From positions 36,719 to 100,718 of the forward strand of contig CAXGWS010000003.1 of assembly GCA_964013535.1 (NCBI GenBank): 64,000 bases of DNA, written 5' to 3'. The notes under the pieces are model-generated. The model was not told the DNA's origin. It worked only from the letters and a program-made list of their open reading frames with translations, and did not search any database. Shown in pieces: positions 29,979 to 40,494 of the stretch. The DNA comes from an uncultured Candidatus Poseidoniales archaeon (GTDB taxonomy: Archaea; Thermoplasmatota; Poseidoniia; Poseidoniales; Poseidoniaceae). A program made the position numbers and the translations under genes. How positions within the stretch are numbered: the stretch's first letter is position 1; every line of letters begins with the position of its first letter.

Positions 29979-31673
29979 TTGCCGGGCGCTCACATATCTA
30001 CCAGAGAATGGGATGATAATGACTATTCGATCGCCTCGGCAAATCTTGGGACTCATTCTGGCGGTCAAAAATTATTGACTCCACTAAATGGTATATCTTC
30101 CTTCACAGCAACTTTCCAGGTTATGTTCAAAGAAGAATATCGCAAAAATGTCGAATTTGCTAAGGCCCGACAAATGGTTCTTTTCCCGCTTCTACTCGCT
30201 CTAGTGACCATGGTATCGACAGTTGGTTTACAGTTTTTAGTCGGTGATTCAGCCGCTCAAACTACAGATACAGAAGCCAACAGTTTTACTTGGCAAGAAC
30301 TACGCTTTGCTCTTCACTTGCCGTTATTGATGTTCAGTTTGGGAATGGGTACTTTCGCTTTCATGGGGCGAGACGCGTTGGTGAGACGGACTGCAACCAA
30401 GAATCATCTACTCGCCTCCCCCGCACTTCAACCACTGCCAAATTCAATGGCTCACTTCGCATATTTCATCAAGGATTTGGTATTTTACGTGTTATTGATT
30501 CTCACTCCAATCATTGTTGGTATGGGTATGGGCAAGGCCTTAGATACCTTTTTTGGCATTACTACTCCTTTGGAATATAGCAGTTTACCATGGACTTGGT
30601 TTGCTATGGTGGTGACTCTTGCTCAGGGTCTCGCAATTTCATTTCTTGCCTCAGCGTTGTGGATGAGAGGAAGGCCTTTCACAATCTTCGGACCCATAGC
30701 AGTTGTACTATTGGGCATCATCATCGGTGTCGGTGCTTTTGATGCAGAAATCGCAATAATAGGATTAGAAATTCAAACCGGAAAAAATCTTCTGTTTGGA
30801 TTGTTTGGTTTTGGAATTTGTATCTTACTGGGGTATTTGTCTTCGTTGCTAATAATCGATGACTTCGATGTTAATGTGGTTGAGAAAGGGGACCTCTTCA
30901 AACCAATTTATGCACGACTTTCATTCCTCGGTCGAGGTGAAATCAGACTCATTGTAGCTAAAGAATTCGTTGATTTGTTTAGGTCAGGCTCAATTAAGAA
31001 GATGGTAGTTTCATACTCCATACCGTTGGCCGTGCTGCTTGGCATGGCTTGGCTAATCGATTTTGCTGAGGCTCCAATACCGATTAACTTGCTATCATAT
31101 GCACCTTTCCTTGGATTCTTTGGCTTCAACTTTTATTCATGGTTAACAATACTGGATTCTCCAGAATTCATGAATGGTTTGCCAGTAAGAGTGCCGCAAC
31201 TCATTAGAGCCAAGGTGTTGGTTTATTTCTTAATCACATCTTGGATTTCTTTGATTTTCATAATTTTGATGGCTTGGCGCCTTGATGAGTGGACTTCTTT
31301 GCCGACAAGCATAGTTGTTATGTTCGCTAACTCAATCTATATCGTTGCCTTGACCGCCTTCCTAATGGGATTAAGGCCAAACAAAGCCATATTCGATGCG
31401 TCAATTATGATTTGGTTTTGGGTCGGAACAGTTTTGCCACTGCTCGGGTTGTTTTTGTTATCTTTTACGCAAGGGGATGTCTCTCTGTACGGAAATTGGT
31501 GGGAGCGTGCCTCTGAAGACGGATTGGCAGCCACTGCAGGTATGTACGATGAGACTATGGTTCGACAAGGCTATGTTGGTATGCTAGGAATTTCAGGATT
31601 CTTACTATTTGCCTCAGCAGTGCTTTGGAAGCTGATGGATCGTCGTTGGGGCAGTGCCGAATTCAGCAATTAA
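29979..31673 (+). CDS. ABC transporter permease (about 12 TM)
   Basis: Polytopic protein with a two-fold KE-motif pattern, directly downstream of the ABC ATPase. Confidence 0.75.
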   Translation: MPGAHISTREWDDNDYSIASANLGTHSGGQKLLTPLNGISSFTATFQVMFKEEYRKNVEFAKARQMVLFPLLLALVTMVSTVGLQFLVGDSAAQTTDTEANSFTWQELRFALHLPLLMFSLGMGTFAFMGRDALVRRTATKNHLLASPALQPLPNSMAHFAYFIKDLVFYVLLILTPIIVGMGMGKALDTFFGITTPLEYSSLPWTWFAMVVTLAQGLAISFLASALWMRGRPFTIFGPIAVVLLGIIIGVGAFDAEIAIIGLEIQTGKNLLFGLFGFGICILLGYLSSLLIIDDFDVNVVEKGDLFKPIYARLSFLGRGEIRLIVAKEFVDLFRSGSIKKMVVSYSIPLAVLLGMAWLIDFAEAPIPINLLSYAPFLGFFGFNFYSWLTILDSPEFMNGLPVRVPQLIRAKVLVYFLITSWISLIFIILMAWRLDEWTSLPTSIVVMFANSIYIVALTAFLMGLRPNKAIFDASIMIWFWVGTVLPLLGLFLLSFTQGDVSLYGNWWERASEDGLAATAGMYDETMVRQGYVGMLGISGFLLFASAVLWKLMDRRWGSAEFSN

Positions 31674-31744
31674 TCATTATGAATGATGTTTAATTCATTA
31701 TGCATAACAGGTAGTTTATAGTGGCGGCAGGGATACGGAAACTC

Positions 31745-32305
31745 ATGGGGCATGCTGTAGCAGTCTGTGGAATGCCAGGCTCTGGTAAAGGTGAATTCGC
31801 CAATATTATCGCAGACAACGGAATCCCGGTTAGATCAATGGGAGACATGGTAAGGGCCGAAGTTAAACTTAGAGGTCTTGAAGGTAATCCGAATGTATTT
31901 GGCGAAGTTGCAGCAGATTTACGAGCAAAATTTGGCGAAGAGGTTTTGGCAATTCGCCTTGCAGATGAGGTGACGGAACTGATGAAAACTCACCCCATTG
32001 TATTGATTGAAGGGATGCGAGGTACCGCAGAATTTCAGATATTCAACTCGAGATGGGCGCCACGGTTCAGTAGTGTCGCTATCACTGCGAACCCCGAAGT
32101 GCGGTTTCAGCGAACCCAATCGAGAGGGCGCTTAGAAGACGGTGATAGAGAACAATTCCAAATTAGAGAAGCTAGAGAAGCTGGCTGGGGATTGCACACT
32201 CTAATCGAACAAGCCGACTATCAAATAAATAACGAATCCACATTGGAAGATTTGGTTATCTCAACAAATAGTTGGTTGACAAAGTTTAGAATAATTATTT
32301 CTTGA
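31745..32305 (+). CDS. UPF0200 / dephospho-CoA kinase-like P-loop kinase
   Basis: GMPGSGKG, SMGDMVR, IEGMRG..E and RGR.ED. Confidence 0.8.
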   Translation: MGHAVAVCGMPGSGKGEFANIIADNGIPVRSMGDMVRAEVKLRGLEGNPNVFGEVAADLRAKFGEEVLAIRLADEVTELMKTHPIVLIEGMRGTAEFQIFNSRWAPRFSSVAITANPEVRFQRTQSRGRLEDGDREQFQIREAREAGWGLHTLIEQADYQINNESTLEDLVISTNSWLTKFRIIIS

Positions 32306-32409
32306 ATGCATTAATTTATGGCCAGTGTGGCCATTTTTTATCATCCTTTCACCGAAGTGTTATAGTTGTCCAACGCATGTCGTCAAGTGCAACGGCAGGG
32401 GGTAATGGT

Positions 32410-33942
32410 TTGGCGAGGAAACGTGGAAAGCGCGGAGATTCAAGAAAACGGCAGCGTGCACAACAAAGAGCACAGTATGACGAGTTGGATAAATATCCAG
32501 TTATGCCTCCACACGCATTTGCCAGAATTGTGCGTGATAAAGCCACTTTAAACATCATTTACCAAATTATTGAGCCGCCAATGACAAAGAAGGAAGAGCA
32601 ATACCGTGAAGAAATAATGGATATTTTTATCCGTTCATTGACTGCCAATATCGATGAGATAGATGCAAATCCCGAGGCTTACCTAAGAACTGCAATGGAC
32701 AAGGTCATCAAATCATATGGTATGAAGATTAACAAGAAGTCGAAATCTAAGATTTTCTACTATCTGCGCAGGGACTTGATTGGTTATGGTGACATGGATG
32801 TTTTGATGAACGACGCTAACGTTGAGGATATTTCTTTGGACGGAACCAATGTACCAATTTTTGCGTATCACAGAAAATTTGAATCTGTTGAAACAACCTG
32901 TATCTGGAAGACCGATGATGAATTGGAATCATATGTAATCAAACTAGCACAAAGGTGTGGCAAACACATTTCAGTCGCCGACCCGCTGCTTGATGCAACG
33001 TTAATGGATGGTTCTAGAATCGTTATGAAACTGGGTCACGAAGTGTCGACGAGAGGTTCATCATTTTGTATTAGAAGGTTCAAGGATGATCCGTTTTCTC
33101 CAGCGGATATTATTGCGTTTAGAACAATGTCATCATTGATGGTATCATACTTGTGGATTGCTTTTCAAAATGAAGTCCCAATGCTGTTTGTCGGCGGTAC
33201 TGCGTCAGGAAAAACCACGACGCTGAACGCAATGTGTATTTTCATTCCATGGCAGATGAAGATTGTATCAATCGAATCCACCAGAGAAGTAAACATTCCT
33301 CAACCTAACTGGGTACCAGGTCTAACAAGACAAGGGTTCGGTGGCGAGTCCAGTGAAGGTGTAATCGGTGAGTTCGAGTTATTGAAAGCGGCTTTGAGAG
33401 AACGGCCGGAGTACATCATCGTGGGTGAAATACGTGGTGCAGAAGCATATGTTCTGTTCCAAGCCATGGCAACAGGTCACTGTGCTTATTCTACTGTTCA
33501 CGCTGATTCTGTACCTTCACTGGTACACAGATTGGAGAACAAGCCGATTGATATTCCTCGTGTTTTACTGCCTGCTCTCGAGGCATGTTCGATACAAATA
33601 CAGACTAGGATTAACGGTAAGCGTGTGCGAAGAACCAAACAACTGGTAGAAATTGTTGGAATAGACCCCAACTCGCTTGAGGTAATCACTAACGAAGTAT
33701 TCCGTTGGGATGTAACTTCTGATGACTTTATTTTCAGTGGTAAGTCATATGTTTTGGAAAAAATCATGGTTAAACTAAACTATTCGCAAGACGACATGCG
33801 CAGAGAACTAAGAACTCGAAAGAGAATACTTGAATGGATGGTTCTAAACGATATAAGGAAAGCAGACCAAGTTTCCCAAATCGTTACAGAATATTATGTA
33901 CGTCCTAATGAAATCCTTGCTCGTGTCGACGGACTACGTTGA
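32410..33942 (+). CDS. Type II/IV secretion system (type IV pilus) assembly ATPase
   Basis: GGTASGKTT, SIESTRE, ALRERPEYIIVGEIRG.EA and TGH...TVHA. Likely start is TTG 32410 after GGGGGT. Confidence 0.93.
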   Translation: MARKRGKRGDSRKRQRAQQRAQYDELDKYPVMPPHAFARIVRDKATLNIIYQIIEPPMTKKEEQYREEIMDIFIRSLTANIDEIDANPEAYLRTAMDKVIKSYGMKINKKSKSKIFYYLRRDLIGYGDMDVLMNDANVEDISLDGTNVPIFAYHRKFESVETTCIWKTDDELESYVIKLAQRCGKHISVADPLLDATLMDGSRIVMKLGHEVSTRGSSFCIRRFKDDPFSPADIIAFRTMSSLMVSYLWIAFQNEVPMLFVGGTASGKTTTLNAMCIFIPWQMKIVSIESTREVNIPQPNWVPGLTRQGFGGESSEGVIGEFELLKAALRERPEYIIVGEIRGAEAYVLFQAMATGHCAYSTVHADSVPSLVHRLENKPIDIPRVLLPALEACSIQIQTRINGKRVRRTKQLVEIVGIDPNSLEVITNEVFRWDVTSDDFIFSGKSYVLEKIMVKLNYSQDDMRRELRTRKRILEWMVLNDIRKADQVSQIVTEYYVRPNEILARVDGLR

Positions 33943-33957
33943 TGGGGAGAGATTACT

Positions 33958-34977
33958 ATGGAACTAACTGCTTGGCAAAGATTCTGTAACAGAATTCTTG
34001 GTAGGATACTCAAAAAGCGAGCACGTAGAGACACAAACCTCTCTGAAAACCTCGTTAAGGGTTCGATGGGCATCATGCCAGAAGTCTACCTCTCAACAGT
34101 GATTTTTACTTCGATTGCTGTCGCTTTAGTATGCTGGGGAATAATCGGGATATTCTTTCTACCAGAAGTTGGGGTGATTGCGTTTTGGGAAAGCCTACAA
34201 GATCCTGCCACAATCAATCCATGTCTCGACTGGGAATATTGGGAGCCCGAGTTGGTAGACAAATCCAAACCAGGTAACGGCTGTCCGGATTACGCAACCA
34301 GAATTTTCCCAGCGCCGTTCAAAGTTTTGATTTTGGCTCTGTTTGGCGCGATAATCCCTTACTCAGGTTTCCTACTAGTGCGTGGCGGTGCAAAACGTGA
34401 GGCCGACCGACGCGGTGCTCAAATCGAAAAGTACCTGCCATATGCTGCTTCATACACTGCTGCAATGTCTGCAGCTAACGCCACACCAGCTAAGATTTTC
34501 CGTTCTTTAGCGATGAATAAAGACATTTACGGTGATGTGTCCGAAGATGCTGGATTGATATATCGAGATGTAACATTACTCGGTTATGATTTAATCACTG
34601 CGATAAAACTCAGCGTTGACCGTGCTGCATCGGTTTGGCTAACTGAGTTTTTCCAAGGTATGGTTGGAACACTAACTTCTGGTGGTCACTTGAAATTGTA
34701 TTTCCTAAATAGGGCAGAACACTACATGAGAGAGAACCGAACTCGTCTCCAGCAATTCCTCGAGTCCATTGCATTACTGGCAGAATCATATATCGTAGTC
34801 GCAGTTGCTATGCCGCTGTTCTTGATTGTAATGTTGGTAATTATGTTCTGGGTTTCTGGCTCTGGCGCACAGATGTCAGAAGGCATGCTGTATGGAATAG
34901 TTCTTGGTTTCATTCCAATGATCCACATTGCATATGCTGTTTTAGTTTACACAAGCAGCAAGGAACAAGAGATGTGA
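33958..34977 (+). CDS. Type II secretion system F-family (TadB/TadC/FlaJ-like) membrane platform protein
   Basis: IEKYLPYA, YGDVS, G.DLITA and LAESYI; operon context with the ATPase. Confidence 0.88.
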   Translation: MELTAWQRFCNRILGRILKKRARRDTNLSENLVKGSMGIMPEVYLSTVIFTSIAVALVCWGIIGIFFLPEVGVIAFWESLQDPATINPCLDWEYWEPELVDKSKPGNGCPDYATRIFPAPFKVLILALFGAIIPYSGFLLVRGGAKREADRRGAQIEKYLPYAASYTAAMSAANATPAKIFRSLAMNKDIYGDVSEDAGLIYRDVTLLGYDLITAIKLSVDRAASVWLTEFFQGMVGTLTSGGHLKLYFLNRAEHYMRENRTRLQQFLESIALLAESYIVVAVAMPLFLIVMLVIMFWVSGSGAQMSEGMLYGIVLGFIPMIHIAYAVLVYTSSKEQEM

Positions 34978-34986
34978 GTTGAGATT

Positions 34987-36603
34987 ATGGCAAGGAAGAA
35001 GAAGAAAAAACTAGTTGTTGAACTAGATCTTCCTAAGGATGATAAAACGCTAAAAAATCTGTACATTATTATTTTCATATCACTAATTTTGGGATTGTCC
35101 TCCGGGATTATGTGGGCCACAAATTCAGGATTTATTCCAACTGCTAACGGTGAACCTATGTTCACCAACGTATACTGTGGAGCAACAGCACAGGATGAAC
35201 TTGGAACGGATTTTTCCGCTGAATTTAGCGGCTCAGTAAAGCCATCATATCAGGCTAACGAATCCTGCGCAATTCTCAAAGACCAACCAGACCAGTTAGA
35301 GTGGTCTGAGAATCCGTGGACGAACTTCGTTTCTAGAGCTAAGTCATTTGACGTTCCCGGTATGCCTGAACAAGTCAAGGGTAATGTTGTGATTCAACAA
35401 CCGATGTCATTAGATTGCAAAGTAGAAGCAGCAACTCCGACCAGTTATACCGTTGCGGTAAGAGATCCAGATCTCAACGTGCTGGGCTCATTCACTGGCG
35501 TTACTGGCAAGGCTAGCGATGTATGCGCGATAGGTATTGACAACATGGAGCCAGACCGTGGCTATGAAGTGGCCATATTTTCAAATGAGGATGGAAAAAG
35601 GTTGAATTCTGCTGAATTCGACGTGACACTCGATTTCTATGACGGTATTCCAACCAATATGAATAACAAATCATTTTGGTTGGGTCCAAAGTTCGACTTG
35701 GGACCAATCGATTTGCGGCCAATGATTTTCCTAAACTTCTTCGGCTTGACTTTCTTTTTCTTACTATATCCTGCATCTTACTACTGGGAGAGAGTCGAGA
35801 AGCGTAAGAATGAGATTGAGGAAAAGTTCCCGGACTTCTTGAGAGATATGGCGGAGTATTGGAAAGGTGGTCTCTCAATGACAGTTGCTGTTCAAACGCT
35901 GGTTAAATCGGAATATGGTGCGCTGAATGACGAAGTCAAGAAAATGTCCGACCAATTGAGTTGGGGAATTAAGTTCAGTGACGTTATCAAACAATTCTCG
36001 GAACGGGTTGGTACGCCGCTGGTAAAAAGAGCGATTACCCTAATAGCAGAGGCAGACCGCGCTGGAGGAAAAATCTCAGACATTCTTGTCACTGCAGCGA
36101 ATGACTCTCGTGAAATCAAGTTCCTTGAGGGTGAGAGAAATCGAGCCATAGGTTCGTACATTGCGGTTATATGGACCTCATATTTCGTATTTTTAGGGGT
36201 AATTACGCTGCTTGGTAAGATCTTTATTCCAGCTATTGCTAAATCCAATTCCGGTGATGAAGGAGGCGGAGATTCCGGTGGTGCGAACATTGGTAATATG
36301 ACAATTAGATCAATCGACCCGTTATTTTTCGTAACAGTATTTTATTACGGCGTGACTATGCAAGCACTCGGTAATGGTTCTATGGCTGGTTTGATGCAGA
36401 ATGGTAGGTTCTCAGCCGGATTTAAGCACTCGGGAATGATGATTGTCGCCGCTCTATTGGCGTTCAACTTGTTGGTATTCAGCCCCGATTTAATTGGTGA
36501 ATCGAGCCACGCAATTTCCCAACAAATCATTACTTCAGATTCAACTTATACAGTTGGATTAAACCCGTCAGGTGGTGGCTATGTTCCATCACCAATAATA
36601 TGA
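34987..36603 (+). CDS. Type II secretion system F-family (TadC-like) protein with extracellular insertion
   Basis: IEEKFPDFLRD, EYGAL..E, WG..F and AGG..DIL; about 190-aa Cys-containing insert after TM1. Confidence 0.88.
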   Translation: MARKKKKKLVVELDLPKDDKTLKNLYIIIFISLILGLSSGIMWATNSGFIPTANGEPMFTNVYCGATAQDELGTDFSAEFSGSVKPSYQANESCAILKDQPDQLEWSENPWTNFVSRAKSFDVPGMPEQVKGNVVIQQPMSLDCKVEAATPTSYTVAVRDPDLNVLGSFTGVTGKASDVCAIGIDNMEPDRGYEVAIFSNEDGKRLNSAEFDVTLDFYDGIPTNMNNKSFWLGPKFDLGPIDLRPMIFLNFFGLTFFFLLYPASYYWERVEKRKNEIEEKFPDFLRDMAEYWKGGLSMTVAVQTLVKSEYGALNDEVKKMSDQLSWGIKFSDVIKQFSERVGTPLVKRAITLIAEADRAGGKISDILVTAANDSREIKFLEGERNRAIGSYIAVIWTSYFVFLGVITLLGKIFIPAIAKSNSGDEGGGDSGGANIGNMTIRSIDPLFFVTVFYYGVTMQALGNGSMAGLMQNGRFSAGFKHSGMMIVAALLAFNLLVFSPDLIGESSHAISQQIITSDSTYTVGLNPSGGGYVPSPII

Positions 36604-36615
36604 GGAGTTGATTGC

Positions 36616-37056
36616 CTGCGCGATGATGAAGCCGCTCAAATCCACATTCTTGAGATGCTTACATTGTTTTGGCTATTCTTCATGTCCGCCACATTTCTGA
36701 TTCGTATCGACGTCCCAGATTCTCGTTCTGTAGCTCATGATACAAGTCTTGAGGCTGCTGGCGAATCGGTTTTACAATACGGTTTGGGCCTTGATGCAGA
36801 GGTCGCAGGTGAAAACCGACTTGCTGAATTACTATCTCAAGCAGATAATGACGGCGCATGTACTCTACTTCAAGACGCACTTATGGCCGGTAAAGAAGCG
36901 AATTGTTGGTTGGCCAAAAATAGCGGCATCTCCAATCCATATGGGCTGGTTGGAACACCATCAGGCAATACGGTAACAGTGCATCATCTTCTAACCGTTG
37001 ATGATAATGTTTGGACAATAAGCTTGACTTTGTGGAATATTGGCGGTGGTGCTTGA
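36616..37056 (+). CDS. Pilin-like protein with class III signal peptide (probable CTG start)
   Basis: In-frame extension from CTG 36616 gives (M)RDDEAAQIHILEMLTLFWLFFM; GAGGAG SD 8 nt upstream; lies in the pilus operon. Confidence 0.7.
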   Translation: MRDDEAAQIHILEMLTLFWLFFMSATFLIRIDVPDSRSVAHDTSLEAAGESVLQYGLGLDAEVAGENRLAELLSQADNDGACTLLQDALMAGKEANCWLAKNSGISNPYGLVGTPSGNTVTVHHLLTVDDNVWTISLTLWNIGGGA

Positions 37057-37493
37057 TGCATCGTACCACTTGTACTCGTGATGAACGGGCTCAAATGTTG
37101 CTAGCAACGGGGGTAGTTCTTCTGTTATCCCTGCTTTCTATGGCCGTATTTAGTGTAAAAGTAGCAGGTTTAACTTCTGCTCACGAACCTAACGCCGATT
37201 CAGTTATCGAAACAACCAAGGAGGTTGTCGATGTATTGCCTTCACTAACTGAAAATCGTACAGAACTATGGGTAACTAACGGTGTGGAACGGTTAGATGC
37301 TGTTGAGTTAGCAATGTCAAGCGTGAACGATGACCTGTTACATCACGGCGAAATAAGAGGCGTTGAGATAAAAATGTTGAATATTGTAATGGTATCAATA
37401 GACTCAACAACCATCGAAATAAGTCTAGATTTAGGTGTTACCGATGATTCATCAACCTTGCAAAGCCAAGTTACTTTCACCATCAACGGTTAG
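37056..37493 (+). CDS. Pilin-like protein with class III signal peptide
   Basis: MHRTTCTRDERAQMLLATGVVLLLSLL; start overlaps the upstream stop (TGATG). Confidence 0.75.
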   Translation: MHRTTCTRDERAQMLLATGVVLLLSLLSMAVFSVKVAGLTSAHEPNADSVIETTKEVVDVLPSLTENRTELWVTNGVERLDAVELAMSSVNDDLLHHGEIRGVEIKMLNIVMVSIDSTTIEISLDLGVTDDSSTLQSQVTFTING

Positions 37494-38149
37494 CCTCGTC
37501 TTTGATTCCAAGCGACATCCAAGTGATGTTCAATTTTTTCTAAATCACTCGACACTCTAGATATATCGACAACTGGCCATGAGGCAATTTTTGAACGTTC
37601 AATCAGTCCATCCTGGATTCTTCTAATCCGATCAAAATTGGCCATGTATCGGTCATGTCTTCTAAATGAGTGAGCATCGCGTGATTTAATCATCGACTTG
37701 TGTTTGTCTTCATCACTCACCGCCATTATTACGCCAACAGCAATTCCGCCAGATTCTATCCAGTTGCGAATCAATCGATCGCTTGGAATTATGTGTACTC
37801 CTTCAATCAATAAGTCAATACCTTCTCGCATTGCTCGATTAATGGTTGCATCAATGCCTTGCTCAACCGCCTTACAGGTGTCGACCCAGTCAATAATTGC
37901 GTCATTTGAATCACCGATCGAGAATGAGGAACGATGCAATGCTGGATTGGCATGGTCTTCATCAGTGGAACGGAGAATTTCTCTTATTGCGTCGGTGGAT
38001 ATTAATCGCGCAAATTTACTCTTAGCGCCAATGGTCATGGCCACAGTTGATTTTCCAGTAGCCGTTGCCCCCGCAATAATCAGCAGTCTTGGTGGACGTT
38101 TGGCGATGGTCCTTGCCGTTGTTCCAGCGAGACCGACCGTTCGAGCCAT
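37490..38149 (-). CDS. 2-phosphoglycerate kinase-like P-loop kinase
   Basis: GATATGKST, STDAIRE.LR, LH.SS, IEGVHI.P and F.RIR.IQ. Confidence 0.8.
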   Translation of the reverse strand: MARTVGLAGTTARTIAKRPPRLLIIAGATATGKSTVAMTIGAKSKFARLISTDAIREILRSTDEDHANPALHRSSFSIGDSNDAIIDWVDTCKAVEQGIDATINRAMREGIDLLIEGVHIIPSDRLIRNWIESGGIAVGVIMAVSDEDKHKSMIKSRDAHSFRRHDRYMANFDRIRRIQDGLIERSKIASWPVVDISRVSSDLEKIEHHLDVAWNQRRG

Positions 38150-38265
38150 GGTGTATGTATGATGAACTGACAATTATAGTTATCATGCAAAAATGACGAA
38201 TTGACTTCATTACTTAGTCTACAGAATTAGCGAACACCTTTCAAGAGAAACTCAGTGCGGCTAAT

Positions 38266-39702
38266 ATGAGCGCAGAAAAAATGTACATTGCTGGTGAATG
38301 GACCGACTCGGAAAACGGTGACGTCAGCAATGCGATAAACCCCGCAACAGGCGATACAATTTCCACCGTGCCAAAGGCTACAGTCGGTGATGTTAACCGC
38401 TGTGTTGAAGCCTCAAGAGCTGCTTTTGAAAGCGCAGACTGGAAGAAAATGGACCCAGCACAAAGAGGTAGAATTCTCAACAAGATGGCGGCAGCCACAT
38501 ATGCAGCAGCAAAAGAATTAGCAAAGGTAGAATCGGAGAATAATGGCAAAACATTCCGAGAAGCACTATCTGAAATCCGTTACGGTGCGTGGACATTAGA
38601 ATACTTCGCCGGTCTTACCGACAAGATTGAGGGAAGTACAATACCAGTACCGGGGAATAGATTGAACTACACGCTCCGGCAACCAATTGGGGTAACAGCC
38701 CATATCGTGCCTTGGAACTTCCCGCTACAATTGGCTCTGCGTTCTATTGCCCCAGCGCTTGCTGCTGGTTGTACAGTAATCGCCAAACCTGCATCTTGGA
38801 CTCCACTATCACTAATTGCTTGGATGAGGAAAATGGATGAAGCGAATGTTGGCCTTCCAGCTGGAGTGTTGCAAGTAATTACTGGCTCGGGCGGGCTAAT
38901 TGGAGATGCACTGGCAGGTCACAAGGGTGTCGACGGTATCGTCCTTACCGGTGGCGTTCCAACTGGTAAAACTGTGATGGCGAAAGCAAGTGAAAACCTC
39001 ACCCCAGTGACTCTTGAACTCGGTGGGAAAGGTGCAAATATCGTATTTCCCGATGCAAATCTAAAGTATGCGGCTAAGGCAATTTGTTTTGGTATTTTCA
39101 TGAACGCAGGACAGATGTGTTGGGCTGGTTCAAGATTGATTGTTCACGAGGACATTCATGATGAATTAGTAGCTGCCGTTGTCGCTGAGGTCGGTAAGTG
39201 GAAAGTAGGGCCAGGCATGGCAGAAGGAGTCAGAATCGGCAGTCTTGTCCACGAAAATCACCGTACTGAGGTGTTGGAAAAGTTAGCACAAGCCCTATCT
39301 CACGGCGGTTCAGTCGCCTGTGGTGGTAATGCGATATCTGGTGATGGAGCATTCATGGAAGCGACGATTGTAACAGATGTAGACGTAGAAAACCCTCTGT
39401 TCAATGAGGAATTGTTCGGTCCAGTATTATCGGTTACTAAATTCTCAACCGATGAGGAAGCATTAGCCTTGGCAAACCATTCTGATTTTGGCCTACTAAA
39501 CGGTATATGGACTAATAATTTGAGTCGTGCGCACAATTTAGCCCGCGACTTAGAGTCTGGTATGGTCTCTATCAACGAGTATCCGATTACTTTCCCACAA
39601 ACCGCTTTCACAGGTTGGAAGCAATCAGGAATCGGTATTGAACAAAGCAAAGATGCGCTAAGGTTCTACACCAAGGTAAAAAATGTCAATGTGAAATTGT
39701 GA
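38266..39702 (+). CDS. Aldehyde dehydrogenase
   Basis: IVPWNFP, LELGGK, AGQMC and EELFGP. Confidence 0.95.
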   Translation: MSAEKMYIAGEWTDSENGDVSNAINPATGDTISTVPKATVGDVNRCVEASRAAFESADWKKMDPAQRGRILNKMAAATYAAAKELAKVESENNGKTFREALSEIRYGAWTLEYFAGLTDKIEGSTIPVPGNRLNYTLRQPIGVTAHIVPWNFPLQLALRSIAPALAAGCTVIAKPASWTPLSLIAWMRKMDEANVGLPAGVLQVITGSGGLIGDALAGHKGVDGIVLTGGVPTGKTVMAKASENLTPVTLELGGKGANIVFPDANLKYAAKAICFGIFMNAGQMCWAGSRLIVHEDIHDELVAAVVAEVGKWKVGPGMAEGVRIGSLVHENHRTEVLEKLAQALSHGGSVACGGNAISGDGAFMEATIVTDVDVENPLFNEELFGPVLSVTKFSTDEEALALANHSDFGLLNGIWTNNLSRAHNLARDLESGMVSINEYPITFPQTAFTGWKQSGIGIEQSKDALRFYTKVKNVNVKL

Positions 39703-39711
39703 AGTGGAAAT

Positions 39712-40494
39712 ATGCCAGTGTTAGTTAGCGAATTGGAGAATGGTATTGCGCTGGTCACTATGGCCGGAAAATCTGCAACCCAGTCATTTTCAATGGAGTT
39801 TCTTCCGCAAATTGCTGAAGCGATCGATTCCTGCTTGTCTAACCCTGACACCCGAGCTGTTGTCATTACAGGCGAGGGTAAATTCTTCTCTGCGGGTGCA
39901 GATATCAATGCATTTGCTGAAGCGATTCAAACCGGCGAAGCGCCGCAATTAATACGCGGTCTTACCGGAATTTTACATCCGCTAATCTTGCGAATGAGGC
40001 AATCGCCCACGATTTGTGTAGCTGCAATAAATGGAGCATGTGCAGGTGGCGGGTTGGGGCTCGCACTTGCTTGTGATGCAAGAATTGCTTCAGACGGAGC
40101 CAAAATTGCCGCATCATATTCTGGGATGGGACTGTCACCTGATGGTGGTACAACTTGGCTATTACCAAGATTGGTCGGTAATCAAGTAAGCCGCAAATTC
40201 TTCTTTGAAAATAGCATTTGGGACGCTAAGCAATCACTGAACTACGGTGCGGTTGATGAATTGGTTGACCAATCAGAGTTACTGGAACGAGCCAAACAAG
40301 TAGCGAAGTTGTGGAGTTCTTGGGGTTCACACACCAAGGAAGCCACCAAGCATTTACTCGATGTACAAACTCATCATGACTTCGAGACGCATTTGAAGCA
40401 TGAGCGTACTTTAATCGAAGCCGCAGGAACCACTGAAGCCTTCAAAGAAGGTGTGTCGGCATTTATCGAAAAGCGGAAACCGAATTTTGATTAA
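39712..40494 (+). CDS. Crotonase-family isomerase, PaaG-like
   Basis: FSAGADI, GGGLGLALACD and GLSPDGG.TW.LPRLVG; the catalytic Glu pair is absent and the PD Asp is present, as in PaaG. Confidence 0.75.
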   Translation: MPVLVSELENGIALVTMAGKSATQSFSMEFLPQIAEAIDSCLSNPDTRAVVITGEGKFFSAGADINAFAEAIQTGEAPQLIRGLTGILHPLILRMRQSPTICVAAINGACAGGGLGLALACDARIASDGAKIAASYSGMGLSPDGGTTWLLPRLVGNQVSRKFFFENSIWDAKQSLNYGAVDELVDQSELLERAKQVAKLWSSWGSHTKEATKHLLDVQTHHDFETHLKHERTLIEAAGTTEAFKEGVSAFIEKRKPNFD

